This document shows positions 15,427 to 25,938 of a stretch of DNA of 42,363 nucleotides, piece by piece (position 1 is the stretch's first letter; every line of letters begins with the position of its first letter). A program made the translations under genes and the position numbers. The DNA is taken from positions 1 to 42,363 of the forward strand of contig JADZAO010000109.1 in the NCBI GenBank assembly GCA_020852535.1. Direction: 5' to 3'. The notes under the pieces were generated by a model that ran no database searches, was not told where the DNA came from, and worked only from the letters and a program-made list of their open reading frames with translations. Source of the DNA: Paracoccaceae bacterium. GTDB lineage: Bacteria; Pseudomonadota; Alphaproteobacteria; Rhodobacterales; Rhodobacteraceae.

Positions 15427-16223
15427 ACCTTCCGAGCGCACAAGAACAATCCATGGCGATTGGCGAGGGCGATCATGGCGGCAAGATCTAGAGTAATGAC
15501 GCCGCCTGCCTCCCATACAATTCCGCCTAGACCGGCAGCGGCCACCTGTTCCACCGTAGTAGGCCCGATGGTGGGCAAGTCAATACGTCGGTCTTGCAAG
15601 GGTTTGGGAGCCTTGTAGAATAAACCCTTGGAACCTGAAGGGCGAAGGTAAGACAAGTTGGCAACCGAAGCGAGCATGACATCGGTGCCTGACAGGGTTT
15701 CGACCGCAAGGCAAAGGCCTTGTTGAACAACCGCGCCCTGCCCTACGTCAATCTGTCCAAGAGCAGCAACGATAGCAGCAGCACGAGTGGCATCAGCCTG
15801 GTCCCGCGGGGTCATAGTTCCGGCGTAGAAGCCTGCAGCAGGAACAATACGGGGAGCGATATCAAGAACCCCACTGATGGTAAAACCTGCTTCCTCGAAC
15901 ACAGCCAGTACTTCTCGCAAAGTCGCATCATCGCCCTGCCCCATCGCTGCCAAAAGACGCGGAATGATGGTGGCGGTGGCAGGATCAAAAAGCGCGGGAT
16001 CAAGACTTAGGCGCTTCACAGCACCTGCAAAGCAGACGCGGGTTACACCCGCATCTTCCAGTTGGCGCAAGAAAGGCATCAGCCGTTCAACACGGAAGGT
16101 CGTGTCAGGAATCACGCCATCTGGAGCAAAAGAATCAAGGGCAGCAATGTAAGGGCGCTGAGGCAAGGCCGAAACGAGGGCGGCGGGCAATCTCCCTGCC
16201 CCTGCAATAATAGCTAGGGTCAT
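15423..16223 (-). CDS. lpxI: UDP-2,3-diacylglucosamine pyrophosphatase LpxI
   Basis: IIAGAGRLP, DVGQ, KAPKPLQDRRIDLPTIG; lies between lpxA and lpxB. Confidence 0.93.
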   Translation of the reverse strand: MTLAIIAGAGRLPAALVSALPQRPYIAALDSFAPDGVIPDTTFRVERLMPFLRQLEDAGVTRVCFAGAVKRLSLDPALFDPATATIIPRLLAAMGQGDDATLREVLAVFEEAGFTISGVLDIAPRIVPAAGFYAGTMTPRDQADATRAAAIVAALGQIDVGQGAVVQQGLCLAVETLSGTDVMLASVANLSYLRPSGSKGLFYKAPKPLQDRRIDLPTIGPTTVEQVAAAGLGGIVWEAGGVITLDLAAMIALANRHGLFLCARKV

Positions 16224-17017
16224 TTGGGCGTCAGGAAAGAGCGATCCGAGGCAGCGAGAATAAATTCAGTAATCTCGCGCACATGGATATTATCAGTTTC
16301 TTCCTGCAAGCGACGGGCACGGTCGAGAAAAGTACCCTCGCCCTGCGCCAGCATCTGGTAGCCCGCGCGAAGCGCGGTAATATCAGCACGTTCAAAGCAA
16401 CGGCGTTTTAAGCCGACTAGATTCAGCCCATCAAGTTCGCCCCTCGGGGATTGGACAAGACCATAGGGGATCACGTCGTTTACGACCATCGTCACAGCGC
16501 CAATGATCGCACCACGACCAATACGAACCCACTGGTGCACACCTGACAGCCCGCCAACGATAACATCGTCTCCCAACACGCAATGGCCTGCGATAGCAAC
16601 ATGGTTAACTAAAATCACACGATCACCAATCTGAGCATCATGGCCGACATGCGCCCCAGTCATGATAAGCACATCATCGCCCACGCGGGTGATACCACCA
16701 CCACCTTCAGTGCCGAGGTTCAACGTTGCGGCCTCGCGGATGCGGCAACGTTTACCGACTGTCAGACGAGTGCGTTCACCCTTGTATTTTAGGTCTTGCG
16801 GAACTTCTCCCACGGTGGCGAAGGGAAAAATCACCGTCTCCTCGCCAACCTCGGTCCAGCCCGTCACTACCGCATGGCTTTTGACCCTGACACCTGCACT
16901 GAGCGTCACATCAGGACCTATCAAGCAAAAGGGACCAACCTCGACCCCCGCGCCGATCACGGCACCGGATTCGACCACCGCCGAGGGATGAATACGAGCT
17001 GTCGGATCAATGCTCAT
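16220..17017 (-). CDS. lpxA: UDP-N-acetylglucosamine acyltransferase
   Basis: Hexapeptide repeats, [22 protein letters not shown]. Confidence 0.97.
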   Translation of the reverse strand: MSIDPTARIHPSAVVESGAVIGAGVEVGPFCLIGPDVTLSAGVRVKSHAVVTGWTEVGEETVIFPFATVGEVPQDLKYKGERTRLTVGKRCRIREAATLNLGTEGGGGITRVGDDVLIMTGAHVGHDAQIGDRVILVNHVAIAGHCVLGDDVIVGGLSGVHQWVRIGRGAIIGAVTMVVNDVIPYGLVQSPRGELDGLNLVGLKRRCFERADITALRAGYQMLAQGEGTFLDRARRLQEETDNIHVREITEFILAASDRSFLTPK

Positions 17018-17493
17018 GCGCCTGCCTTGCCACTGGTATTGAGCACGTCAAACATCGCCATAAATGTGGCTTCGCAGACGAGTTCGCCTTCGACCATAGC
17101 ACGACCTTCAAACTTCCAGACGCGGCCACCACCGCGCAATGCTTTGACATGCAATTCTAACACATCGCCCGGCACCACCTTGCGGCGGAATTTGACGCCA
17201 TCGACACCCATAAAGAAAACATTGGCGTTTTTATCAACTAAATCCATCGTGATTCCCACAAGGATACCGCTAGTCTGTGCCATCGCTTCGATAATCATTA
17301 CACCCGGAAAAATTGGCATGCCGGGGAAGTGACCGGTAAATTGCGGCTCGTTAATCGTCACATTTTTAATACCGACACAGCTTTCGCCCAAAACAATGTC
17401 GCGCACTTTGTCGACTAAGAGAAAGGGGTAGCGGTGCGGAATAATTCGCTTGATCAGATCAAGGTCCGCGGTGCGGTCTGCGCCAGTGGTCAT
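17014..17493 (-). CDS. fabZ: 3-hydroxyacyl-ACP dehydratase
   Basis: [30 protein letters not shown]. Confidence 0.97.
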   Translation of the reverse strand: MTTGADRTADLDLIKRIIPHRYPFLLVDKVRDIVLGESCVGIKNVTINEPQFTGHFPGMPIFPGVMIIEAMAQTSGILVGITMDLVDKNANVFFMGVDGVKFRRKVVPGDVLELHVKALRGGGRVWKFEGRAMVEGELVCEATFMAMFDVLNTSGKAGA

Positions 17494-17597
17494 AAAAATC
17501 TCCTTCGATCTGCCCCCGCAATAGCCGTTCGGGCCCGTGCCGCGCCTTTTGACACTTTAAAAATGTGACTAGCAACTTGGGCCAGACGAAACAAGCA

Positions 17598-18194
17598 TCA
17601 GGGCTGCGGTTTGGGTTCCACTTCAGCGGGCGACAAGGAAACGTCACCGCTTCCGAGTGCCGCATTCATACGGAAAATAGCCTGATCGGTGATGTCAATA
17701 CCGCGCAGCGAGAGGATTATTGTGTTCTTGTCGATGATCACAGCAGCACCGTTGTCACGCATCAGTTCACCCAACACGGGGATAGCAGCTTCGAGAAAGC
17801 GCTTCTGCTCCATCTCATACCTAGTGGAGATGGCGCGGGATTTGGCTTCCTGCGCAGCACGAATCCGTTCGGCCTTAGTATCGAAAGCCCCAGCCAGAAC
17901 CTGAAACTCGACGGCAGGTAATTTAGCACGGCGGTCAGTCAGGTCACGCTCTTCGGCTTCAAGCGCCTTTTCTAGAAGCAAGTTTTCAGCAATCAAAGCA
18001 TCACTATCGGCCTTAAACCGCGCTTCGACTGCCTTTCCAAATAGGGTTTCGCTAAACAGCCGCTTGCGGTCGAGCGTCAAAAAAGGTGACTGAATCGAAA
18101 CAGCAGTGACCGGCGGAACCTCTTGTGCAAAAGTTCCGGTTGCAAAGAACGCCGCAAGGATCAGCGCGACAAAACTGAACATCAAGCCACGCAT
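17598..18194 (-). CDS. OmpH/Skp family periplasmic chaperone
   Basis: Signal peptide, coiled coil, C-terminal DITD motif; lies between bamA and fabZ. Confidence 0.85.
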   Translation of the reverse strand: MRGLMFSFVALILAAFFATGTFAQEVPPVTAVSIQSPFLTLDRKRLFSETLFGKAVEARFKADSDALIAENLLLEKALEAEERDLTDRRAKLPAVEFQVLAGAFDTKAERIRAAQEAKSRAISTRYEMEQKRFLEAAIPVLGELMRDNGAAVIIDKNTIILSLRGIDITDQAIFRMNAALGSGDVSLSPAEVEPKPQP

Positions 18195-20560
18195 CAAAAC
18201 TTAGTCGAAAGAGTAAGGTCGAAGTTCTGTTCCTTGTCGTAGTCCTGTTTGACCAAAGCTTTCGAGAAGTTGAATCGCAAGGGACCGATAGGCGTATCCA
18301 AGAACACCGAAAAGCCGACGACCGAGCGCAGATACATACTATCATCGACAGTCTCTGTCCTACCGCCGACAGTGCCACCTGCTACGTCGTCGAGGCCCCA
18401 GACCGAACCGACATCAAAAAAGAGACCCCCGCCAATGCCGTATTCTTCGGGCGTACCAAGCGGGAAGTCGGCTTCGAGACGCACCACAGAAAATAGATTA
18501 CCACCTAGTGCGTCCTTATTTTCGGCCTTGAGGTCACGCGGACCGACGCCATTCGTTTCAAAACCGCGGATCTTTTCATTACCGAAGAAGCGCGATGTAA
18601 CACGGCTAGAATCATCTCCTAGCATCGCAAGCACACCACCCTCGAATGTAGCGCGGACGGTCACTTCTTCCCTAAAGGCCTTGGTCTCGGCCATAGCAAG
18701 ACTGCTAGTGAGGACGTATTTCTCGTCTCCTCCAAGACCAGCATAATCCTGATTGAAGCGCAGCAAAATGCCACCCTTGGGGTTCACACCGCTGATGCGT
18801 GTATCGTAACTGAACGTGTAACCAGGACCAATGCTGCTAATCGCGCCACGTGCGGCATCACGTTGCAAAATGGATGAGCTGTCCTGTTCGAGGCCGCTAA
18901 GGGTCGATTCCGAATAAGTATAGCGAGTTTCCAGCCGTGCAATGTCGGTCAGCGGGAATTCGAGGGAGGGCGAAGATGAGAAAGTCTGCGTGTCATAATC
19001 CGACTTCTGGCTGCTCGTCTCGCGGTAGGCGTTCGAGAATTTCAGGGCAACATTGCGGCCAAGAAAAGCTGGTTCGGAAAAGGATAAAATAGCATTATTA
19101 GAATCGGTGCCGCTGGTCACACTGGCCGAAATGCCCTGACCGCGTCCAAGAAAGTTAGTTTCCGAAAAGCCTATGTTAAGGCCCAAGCCAGACGATCCCG
19201 AATAGCTGCCCCCCAAAAAAAGCGAGCCACTGGGCTGTTCCTCAACATCAACCTTGACTACCGCCTGATTAGAACTACTGCCCGGTTCGGCGTTGACCTG
19301 TACGTCTGAGAAAAAGCCGAGGGCGCGGATACGTTCTGCCGACTGACGGATTTCGCGCGGATTGAAGGGATCGCCTTCAACCATACGGAACTGACGACGG
19401 ATAACCCGATCAAGAGTGGTGGTGTTACCTTCAATGTCGATACGCTCGACAAAAACCTTTTCGCCGCGGACAATTACAAATTCAACGTCGAGGATGCCAG
19501 CGCGTTCGTTACGAGTGATGCGCGGCTCAACCCGAGCAAGGTTTACGCCCTTTCTCAACGCAAAATTTTCCATACGGGCCACATTGTTATCGATCAGTGC
19601 GGGAGACCATGTCTCGCCGCTACGAATGCGCTGCACAGCTTCGAATTCAGCGACGTCTAAGCCATCAATTTCGGAAATAGTGCTGACCTTACCGATATTG
19701 AAGGACTGGCCTTCGCGGATAGTGAAAGTCACAAAATAAGCGTCACGCTCGCGAGCAATATCGCTGGAGACATTGAGCACCTGAACATCGGCATAACCAC
19801 GCGACAGATAGAAGTCGCGTAAGAGCTGCTTATCGAGATCGATACGTTCAGTCACAAAGGTATCGCGCTGGATTAAAGTACGCAGAAGACCGGCCTGTTT
19901 AGTTTCAAGAACCTGCCGCAGGCGACGATCTGAAAAAGCACGGTTGCCGTTAAAGGACAGACGCTCGATTTTCACGACCTTGCCCTCAGTTATTTCAAAA
20001 ACGAGATCAACGCGGTTCGCATCACGGCGGATAATGCGTGGATCGACGGTAGCGGCAAGGCGACCAGATTGACGATAGGCTTCAGCAATGGCAGCAGCAT
20101 CAGCTTCCGCCTGCGAGGGCGAATAAACGTGACGCGATTGCGACTTAGCGATATCAGCGAGGTCTTCATCTTTGAGATGCTTGTTGCCCTCAAAATTAAC
20201 GATATTTATCGTAGGATATTCGACCACTTTGATCACCAGAGTCTTATCCTGCGGTATCAATTCAACAGATTTAAACAAACCCGAGTTCACTATACGCTGA
20301 TAAGCATCGTTCAGAGCGGCGCCCGAGAGTTCAGAATCGCGTTCAATATTGGCATAGGATAGGACGGTAGCGGTTTCAATCGTGCTGTTGCCCTCGACCC
20401 TGATCGACGAAAAGCTGTAGTTTTGCGCAAAAACAGGGGTAAGAACCAACAACGCCGAAGACACCAAAATCGCGACGATAAGGACAGAACGCAAAAGGCG
20501 CAGTTTCAACGGCTTGCCAACACCATTGATCGTCTGCATGTTCCAGCCCCGCAATTCCAT
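18194..20560 (-). CDS. bamA: Outer membrane protein assembly factor BamA
   Basis: POTRA repeats, NFLGRG, IRGF, TPIGPLRF, C-terminal Phe. Alternative start at 20539. Confidence 0.96.
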   Translation of the reverse strand: MELRGWNMQTINGVGKPLKLRLLRSVLIVAILVSSALLVLTPVFAQNYSFSSIRVEGNSTIETATVLSYANIERDSELSGAALNDAYQRIVNSGLFKSVELIPQDKTLVIKVVEYPTINIVNFEGNKHLKDEDLADIAKSQSRHVYSPSQAEADAAAIAEAYRQSGRLAATVDPRIIRRDANRVDLVFEITEGKVVKIERLSFNGNRAFSDRRLRQVLETKQAGLLRTLIQRDTFVTERIDLDKQLLRDFYLSRGYADVQVLNVSSDIARERDAYFVTFTIREGQSFNIGKVSTISEIDGLDVAEFEAVQRIRSGETWSPALIDNNVARMENFALRKGVNLARVEPRITRNERAGILDVEFVIVRGEKVFVERIDIEGNTTTLDRVIRRQFRMVEGDPFNPREIRQSAERIRALGFFSDVQVNAEPGSSSNQAVVKVDVEEQPSGSLFLGGSYSGSSGLGLNIGFSETNFLGRGQGISASVTSGTDSNNAILSFSEPAFLGRNVALKFSNAYRETSSQKSDYDTQTFSSSPSLEFPLTDIARLETRYTYSESTLSGLEQDSSSILQRDAARGAISSIGPGYTFSYDTRISGVNPKGGILLRFNQDYAGLGGDEKYVLTSSLAMAETKAFREEVTVRATFEGGVLAMLGDDSSRVTSRFFGNEKIRGFETNGVGPRDLKAENKDALGGNLFSVVRLEADFPLGTPEEYGIGGGLFFDVGSVWGLDDVAGGTVGGRTETVDDSMYLRSVVGFSVFLDTPIGPLRFNFSKALVKQDYDKEQNFDLTLSTKF

Positions 20561-21008
20561 AATCTATCGACTCTCCCACTATCGGGAAGCACGAGACATG
20601 TCAAAAGGTCCAAGTCTGTTTTATGGGTTCATAAGTAAACCAGAACAGCGCAAAAGCCGCAGCTAAATTTGGACAAAATAAGCAACTAAATCTTCACCTC
20701 CGACAAGACTTCACGCAACCAGTTGGCGTCAAAGGCACGCTCTATAAAAAACTGGCGGCAAAACAAGCTGTCGATCAAGACCCAGTCCCGTGGAAGTCCT
20801 GAAATTAGCAGGGCAGAAAGCGGAAATCTGCCAGATCACCCCAAGCATATCGCTCAGCGCCATGATCTTGTTGGTCATACACCAGCAAGAGCAACCAATA
20901 TAGCCTAGTTCTAAGTCCCCGTCCCCACTGCAAACTAATTGAACCAAGATGAACGAAGAAAAGCTTCATGTTATTTATACTGACAGAAATATGTCAGACA
21001 CACGAGGA

Positions 21009-21070
21009 CTGGCCCCACTTTATGCGCCCAATCCTGCGCTGGACGTATCGGCACGTTTCTGTTGGCCCTA
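21009..21070 (+). promoter_or_regulatory. Possible TauR/MocR-type direct-repeat operator upstream of tpa
   Basis: CTGGCCCCA (21009), CTGGACGTA (21039) and TTGGCCCTA (21062) resemble the CTGGAC(T/C)TAA repeats I recall for R. capsulatus TauR. Confidence 0.4.
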
Positions 21071-21157
21071 TAGTCAAATTGAGCCATAAGGGATGATACA
21101 TACAAAGGCTCGGCATTTTGCAGGGTCTCAGACATTTTCACCGAAAGGACGCGCTCA

Positions 21158-22540
21158 ATGAAAGGGTTGGATCGTTTCAACGACATAAGCGAAGTGGTCG
21201 AGGCAGACCGCGCCCATGTCTGGCATCACTTAAGCCAGCATAAGCAGTACGAGACCGGCGTCGATCCACGACTGATCGTCGAAGGCAAAGGGATGAAAGT
21301 CTGGGATGCCAAAGGCAAGGAGCATCTTGATGCCGTGTCCGGTGGTGTATGGACAGTGAACGTCGGCTACGGGCGCGAAAGCATCGCCAATGCGGTACGC
21401 GACCAGCTAATCAAGATGAATTATTTTGCCGGTGCTGCGGGTTCGATCCCCGGATCAATCTTTGCCCAGCGGCTGATCGAGAAGATGCCGGGTCTAAGCC
21501 GCGTCTATTATTCCAACTCTGGTTCAGAAGCGAACGAGAAAGTCTACAAGATGGTACGCCAGATTGCACACAAGCATCATGGCGGCAAAAAGTGGAAGAT
21601 CCTCTATCGTGACCGCGACTATCACGGCACCACCATCGGCACATTGGCGACCAGTGGGCAAGACCAGCGAGCGATGCAATATGGCCCCTATCCGGACGGG
21701 TTTGTACGAGTGCCAAATTGCCTCGAATACCGCAAACAATGGGATGTGAAAAACTACGGCGAGCGCGCGGCAGAGGCAATCGAAGAAGTGATCCTGCGCG
21801 AAGGCCCCGATACGGTGGGATGTCTGGTTCTAGAGCCGGTGACCGCTGGCGGTGGCGTGATCGTCCCGCCGAAAGGCTATTGGGAAAAGGTGCAAGAAAT
21901 CTGCACGAAGTACGACATCCTGCTGCATATAGACGAGGTCGTCTGCGGCGTGGGGCGAACCGGCAAATGGTTTGGCTACCAGCATTACGGCATCAAGCCA
22001 GATTTCGTGACAATGGCCAAGGGCGTTGCCTCGGGCTATGCGGCGATTTCCTGCACGGTAACGACCGAAAATATCTTTGCCATGTTCAAGGACGACCCAA
22101 CCGACACGATGAGTTATTTCCGTGACATCTCCACTTTTGGCGGCTGCACGGCAGGCCCTGCAGCGGCGTTGGAGAACATGAACATAATTGAACGCGAGGG
22201 CTTGCTAGAGAACACCGTCAAAATGGGCGACTATTGCCTTGGTCGTCTGGGTGAACTGATGGAAAAGCACAAGGTCATCGGCGACGTACGTGGCAAAGGT
22301 CTATTTCTTGGTGCAGAACTAGTGGCCGACCGTGTGACCAAGGAAGCAGCAGACGAAAAGAAGGTACAGGCAGTGGTCGCCGATTGCATGGCGCAAGGCG
22401 TGATCATCGGCGCGACCAACCGCTCACTTCCAGGACTAAACAATACGCTATGTCTCTCGCCCGCACTAATCGCGACCAAGGATGATATCGACCATATCAT
22501 CGACGCGATGGACGGAGCACTAGGTCGCGTCTTCGTCTGA
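21158..22540 (+). CDS. tpa: Class III PLP aminotransferase, taurine--pyruvate aminotransferase-like
   Basis: SGSEANE, DEVVCGVGRTG, TMAKG (PLP Lys). The N-terminus ADRAHVWHHLSQHK is typical of Rhodobacteraceae Tpa. Confidence 0.8.
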   Translation: MKGLDRFNDISEVVEADRAHVWHHLSQHKQYETGVDPRLIVEGKGMKVWDAKGKEHLDAVSGGVWTVNVGYGRESIANAVRDQLIKMNYFAGAAGSIPGSIFAQRLIEKMPGLSRVYYSNSGSEANEKVYKMVRQIAHKHHGGKKWKILYRDRDYHGTTIGTLATSGQDQRAMQYGPYPDGFVRVPNCLEYRKQWDVKNYGERAAEAIEEVILREGPDTVGCLVLEPVTAGGGVIVPPKGYWEKVQEICTKYDILLHIDEVVCGVGRTGKWFGYQHYGIKPDFVTMAKGVASGYAAISCTVTTENIFAMFKDDPTDTMSYFRDISTFGGCTAGPAAALENMNIIEREGLLENTVKMGDYCLGRLGELMEKHKVIGDVRGKGLFLGAELVADRVTKEAADEKKVQAVVADCMAQGVIIGATNRSLPGLNNTLCLSPALIATKDDIDHIIDAMDGALGRVFV

Positions 22541-22588
22541 AGCAAACTTAGATGGTGCGCCACATACACGCACCATACCACGCAACAT

Positions 22589-22619
22589 ACGCGGTCCCTA
22601 GGGACCGCGTTTTCTTTTA
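22589..22619 (+). terminator. Rho-independent terminator after tpa
   Basis: Perfect inverted repeat ACGCGGTCCCTAGGGACCGCGT followed by TTTCTTTT. Confidence 0.85.
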
Positions 22620-22682
22620 TGGCAGTCTTGCGGGAGATCAGAGGCGGGGCTAGGTCTTGATCCGAAGCACAAGGAAAAAGCT

Positions 22683-23282
22683 ATGTTCACCGGAATTATC
22701 ACCGATATTGGGCGTGTATTGCAGACCGAACAGCAAGGCGATCTACGGGCGCGGATTGGCACAGCTTATGACATAAAAAAAATCGATCTAGGCGCATCTA
22801 TCGCTTGTGACGGAGTCTGTCTGACAGTGGTAGCGATAGGCACAAATCCGGAAAACTGGTTCGACGTGCAAATCAGTGCCGAAACCTTGTCAAAGACCAA
22901 TATTTCAAGTTGGACTGCAGGCAAATGGCTAAACCTCGAACGGGCACTCAAGGTAGGGGACGAGCTTGGTGGGCATATCGTATCGGGCCATGTCGACGGT
23001 CTAGCAAAGGTGGTGGCCTTACACCACGAAGGCGACAGCCTGCGCGCAACCTTCCGTGCACCGCATACGCTGGCAAAATTTATTGCACCCAAGGGATCGG
23101 TGGCACTGAACGGCACCTCGCTAACAGTGAACGAAGTCAATGACACCGATTTCGGCATCAATTTTATCCCACATACACAACAGGCCACGACATGGAGCAA
23201 GGTAAAGCTAGGCGACCTCGTAAATCTTGAGGTCGACACAATGGCACGCTATGTGGCGCGGCTGCGGGAATGTGGAGCGTAA
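22683..23282 (+). CDS. ribE: Riboflavin synthase (alpha chain)
   Basis: MFTGII, SIACDGVCLTV, NLERAL, GGHIVSGHVD, KGSVALNGTSLTVN. Called ribC in some nomenclatures. Confidence 0.96.
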   Translation: MFTGIITDIGRVLQTEQQGDLRARIGTAYDIKKIDLGASIACDGVCLTVVAIGTNPENWFDVQISAETLSKTNISSWTAGKWLNLERALKVGDELGGHIVSGHVDGLAKVVALHHEGDSLRATFRAPHTLAKFIAPKGSVALNGTSLTVNEVNDTDFGINFIPHTQQATTWSKVKLGDLVNLEVDTMARYVARLRECGA

Positions 23283-23457
23283 AATTTTACAAACGAAAAC
23301 TATAAAATTCAGGAGGCAAGCAGGCTTTCATACGTCTGCGCTGCGCGCCCACTGCCAATCGTTCCACATCGTCTCACAAGGACTACGTATCCCCATCAGA
23401 CTGGCATTCTGCAGTCATATTGTCTAGGAGGACTGTGGGAGCATCAGGAGCCCGACA

Positions 23458-24552
23458 ATGAGCGAAATAAAGACGGATTACTCGGACGCAATTTCCTCGG
23501 TAGAGGAAATCATCGAAGATGCTCGCAACGGGCGCATGTTCATTCTAGTAGACCACGAGGACCGCGAGAACGAAGGCGATCTGGTTATCCCTGCACAAAT
23601 GTGCACGCCGAACGCGGTGAATTTCATGGCGATGCACGGGCGCGGGCTCATCTGTCTGGCGCTGACGGCCCAGCGCTGCGACCAGTTGGGTCTGCAACTG
23701 ATGGACCGCAAAAATTCGTCACGCCATTCCTCGGCATTTACCTTATCGATCGAGGCAATCGAAGGGATCGACACAGGCATTTCCGCCGCTGACCGTGCGC
23801 GCACGGTTTCGGTTGCGATCAATCCAATCAAGGGTGCTTCCGACATCGCTTCGCCCGGTCACATATTCCCACTGCGAGCGCAGGACGGAGGTGTGTTGGT
23901 ACGTGCAGGCCATACCGAGGCTGCGGTAGATGTTAGCCGTCTAGCGGGGCTGAACCCATCGGGCGTGATCTGCGAAGTCATGAAAGACGACGGCACAATG
24001 GCGCGCCTGCCCGACCTAATCACTTTTTCCCAAAAACACGGACTGAAAATCGGCACAATTTCAGATCTAATCGCCTATCGCCGCCGTCACGACAATCTTA
24101 TAACAGAACGTACTGTGAAATCCGTGACTTCGACACATGGTGGCGACTGGCTGATGCGGATATTCAGCGATGAAACGCAAGGGACCGAACATGTGGTCCT
24201 AACAAAGGGAGATCTAACGGGTGAGGCGCCTGTTCTGGTGCGTGTGCATTCACTAAACCCGCTAGAGGACGTACTGGGTATCGGCGGTGCTGGCGAATTA
24301 CCCGCTGCGATGCGGCTGATCGCATCCGAAGGGCGAGGAGTTGTGGTCTTGCTACGCGACACCACGACAAAGATGGTCGAAAGCGGCGAGCATTCGCCTC
24401 AAACTTTACGACAATACGGACTTGGCGCGCAAATCCTTTCAGCGTTGGGCCTATCAAAAATCACACTTGTAACCAACTCGCAGGCACCCAAGGTCGTAGG
24501 CCTAGAAGCTTATGACTTGTCGATTACGGGCACGCACCCGATTGCGGAGTAA
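23458..24552 (+). CDS. ribB: DHBP synthase fused to a degenerate GTP cyclohydrolase II domain (RibBX type)
   Basis: DHEDRENEGD, PGHIFPL, RAGHTEA. The C-domain VRVHSLNPLEDVLG lacks the Zn-binding cysteines. Confidence 0.92.
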   Translation: MSEIKTDYSDAISSVEEIIEDARNGRMFILVDHEDRENEGDLVIPAQMCTPNAVNFMAMHGRGLICLALTAQRCDQLGLQLMDRKNSSRHSSAFTLSIEAIEGIDTGISAADRARTVSVAINPIKGASDIASPGHIFPLRAQDGGVLVRAGHTEAAVDVSRLAGLNPSGVICEVMKDDGTMARLPDLITFSQKHGLKIGTISDLIAYRRRHDNLITERTVKSVTSTHGGDWLMRIFSDETQGTEHVVLTKGDLTGEAPVLVRVHSLNPLEDVLGIGGAGELPAAMRLIASEGRGVVVLLRDTTTKMVESGEHSPQTLRQYGLGAQILSALGLSKITLVTNSQAPKVVGLEAYDLSITGTHPIAE

Positions 24553-24557
24553 CGGGC

Positions 24558-25058
24558 ATGGCAACAGCAGAAACATATTACACGCTGCCTTTACCCGTTT
24601 TTGAAAAGCCAGTGAAGATTCTGATCGTGGTGGCCCCCTATTACAAGGACATCACCGACAATCTGGTTGCAGGTGCGCAAGCTATTACCAAGGCTTGCGG
24701 GGTCGAAGTCGAGATGATCGAGGTTCCAGGGGCACTAGAAGTGCCGACCGCCATCGCGCTTGCCGAACGGCAGGCAAAATTCGACGGTTATGTAGCGCTA
24801 GGCTGTATAATCCGCGGCGAGACCACACATTACGACACGGTCTGCAACGATTCGAGCCGTGCAATTAGCCTGCTCGGCTTGCAAGGAGCCTGTATCGGCA
24901 ACGGCATCCTAACAGTCGAGAATCGAGAACAAGCCAAGGTACGGGCCGATCCAATGGGGCAGAACAAAGGGGGGCATGCAGCGGCTGCCGCCTTGCATCT
25001 GCTGGCACTTTCCCGCACATGGGCGACCCAGACCAAGGGAATTGGATTTCGGGCATGA
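24558..25058 (+). CDS. ribH: 6,7-dimethyl-8-ribityllumazine synthase
   Basis: VPGALEVP, LGCIIRGETTHYD, NGILTVEN, NKG. Confidence 0.95.
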   Translation: MATAETYYTLPLPVFEKPVKILIVVAPYYKDITDNLVAGAQAITKACGVEVEMIEVPGALEVPTAIALAERQAKFDGYVALGCIIRGETTHYDTVCNDSSRAISLLGLQGACIGNGILTVENREQAKVRADPMGQNKGGHAAAAALHLLALSRTWATQTKGIGFRA

Positions 25059-25519
25059 CCACCCAAGCTGAAAAGAAACAAATGCGCTCGGCAGCTCGGC
25101 TTTATGCCGTACAAGCGCTGTTCCAGATGGAAGTTTCTGGTCAACCGGTTGAGACAATCCAACGCGAGTTCGAAACACATCGTTTTGGCGAGATATTCGA
25201 CGATGTCAAAATGGCCGAAGGGGATATAGAGCATTTCCGATCGCTCGTGGACAGCGCGGTAAATTTTCAGGCTCGCATCGATCAGATGACCAACCGGGCG
25301 CTTGTGGCAAAATGGCCCATCGACCGGATCGACCCAGTCCTGCGGGCGCTGTTTCGTGCCGCAGGAGCTGAAATGGTGAATATGGATACCCCGTCCAAGG
25401 TGGTGATCAACGAATTTATCGATGTAGCTAAAGCCTTCTTTCCCGAAGGAAAAGAAGCAAAATTCGCAAATGCCGTACTCGACCACATGGCCCGCGAAGC
25501 CAAACCAGAGTCTCTTTAG
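25055..25519 (+). CDS. nusB: Transcription antitermination factor NusB
   Basis: RSAARLYAVQALFQ, VVINEF, FANAVLD. ATGA overlap with ribH. Confidence 0.95.
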   Translation: MTTQAEKKQMRSAARLYAVQALFQMEVSGQPVETIQREFETHRFGEIFDDVKMAEGDIEHFRSLVDSAVNFQARIDQMTNRALVAKWPIDRIDPVLRALFRAAGAEMVNMDTPSKVVINEFIDVAKAFFPEGKEAKFANAVLDHMAREAKPESL

Positions 25520-25938
25520 ACAAAAACCGGCAAATTCAGTCAATTTGCAGCATTTATTTGCTCCAATACCTGTCCGGTGTTGCCGCTTCGATCAAATTAC
25601 AAGCCAAATTATGATAGAAATAAAGCTAGTCTAACTTCTAAAGATTGAAGGACATGCCAATACTCAAAAGCATCTGCTTTTATATTAAAAGCTACGTCAT
25701 CAGCTTCATCCTTGCAGCCGAATTCTTAATCGCGCTGGCCGTGATAGATGTCATCGACTTGCAAAGGCTAATCGGATTCAAAAACGTGGTATTTTCGAAG
25801 ATCTAATGCTTCATAGCGATCATCCTAATGACCTAGAATGACAATCTGCCAGCACCGCACGAAAACCAAATGATCCTCACTGCGCGAAAATAACAAGCAA
25901 GAATTCTCATGTTGGAGATTCCTACTTTCTAGAGAGCA

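Noticed and set aside
22620-22682. FMN riboswitch upstream of the rib genes (also checked 23283-23457)
   Set aside because: No RFN conserved motifs seen.
25520-25930. Possible gene remnant downstream of nusB
   Set aside because: Frames read by eye gave no recognisable family; left as an unexplained spacer.
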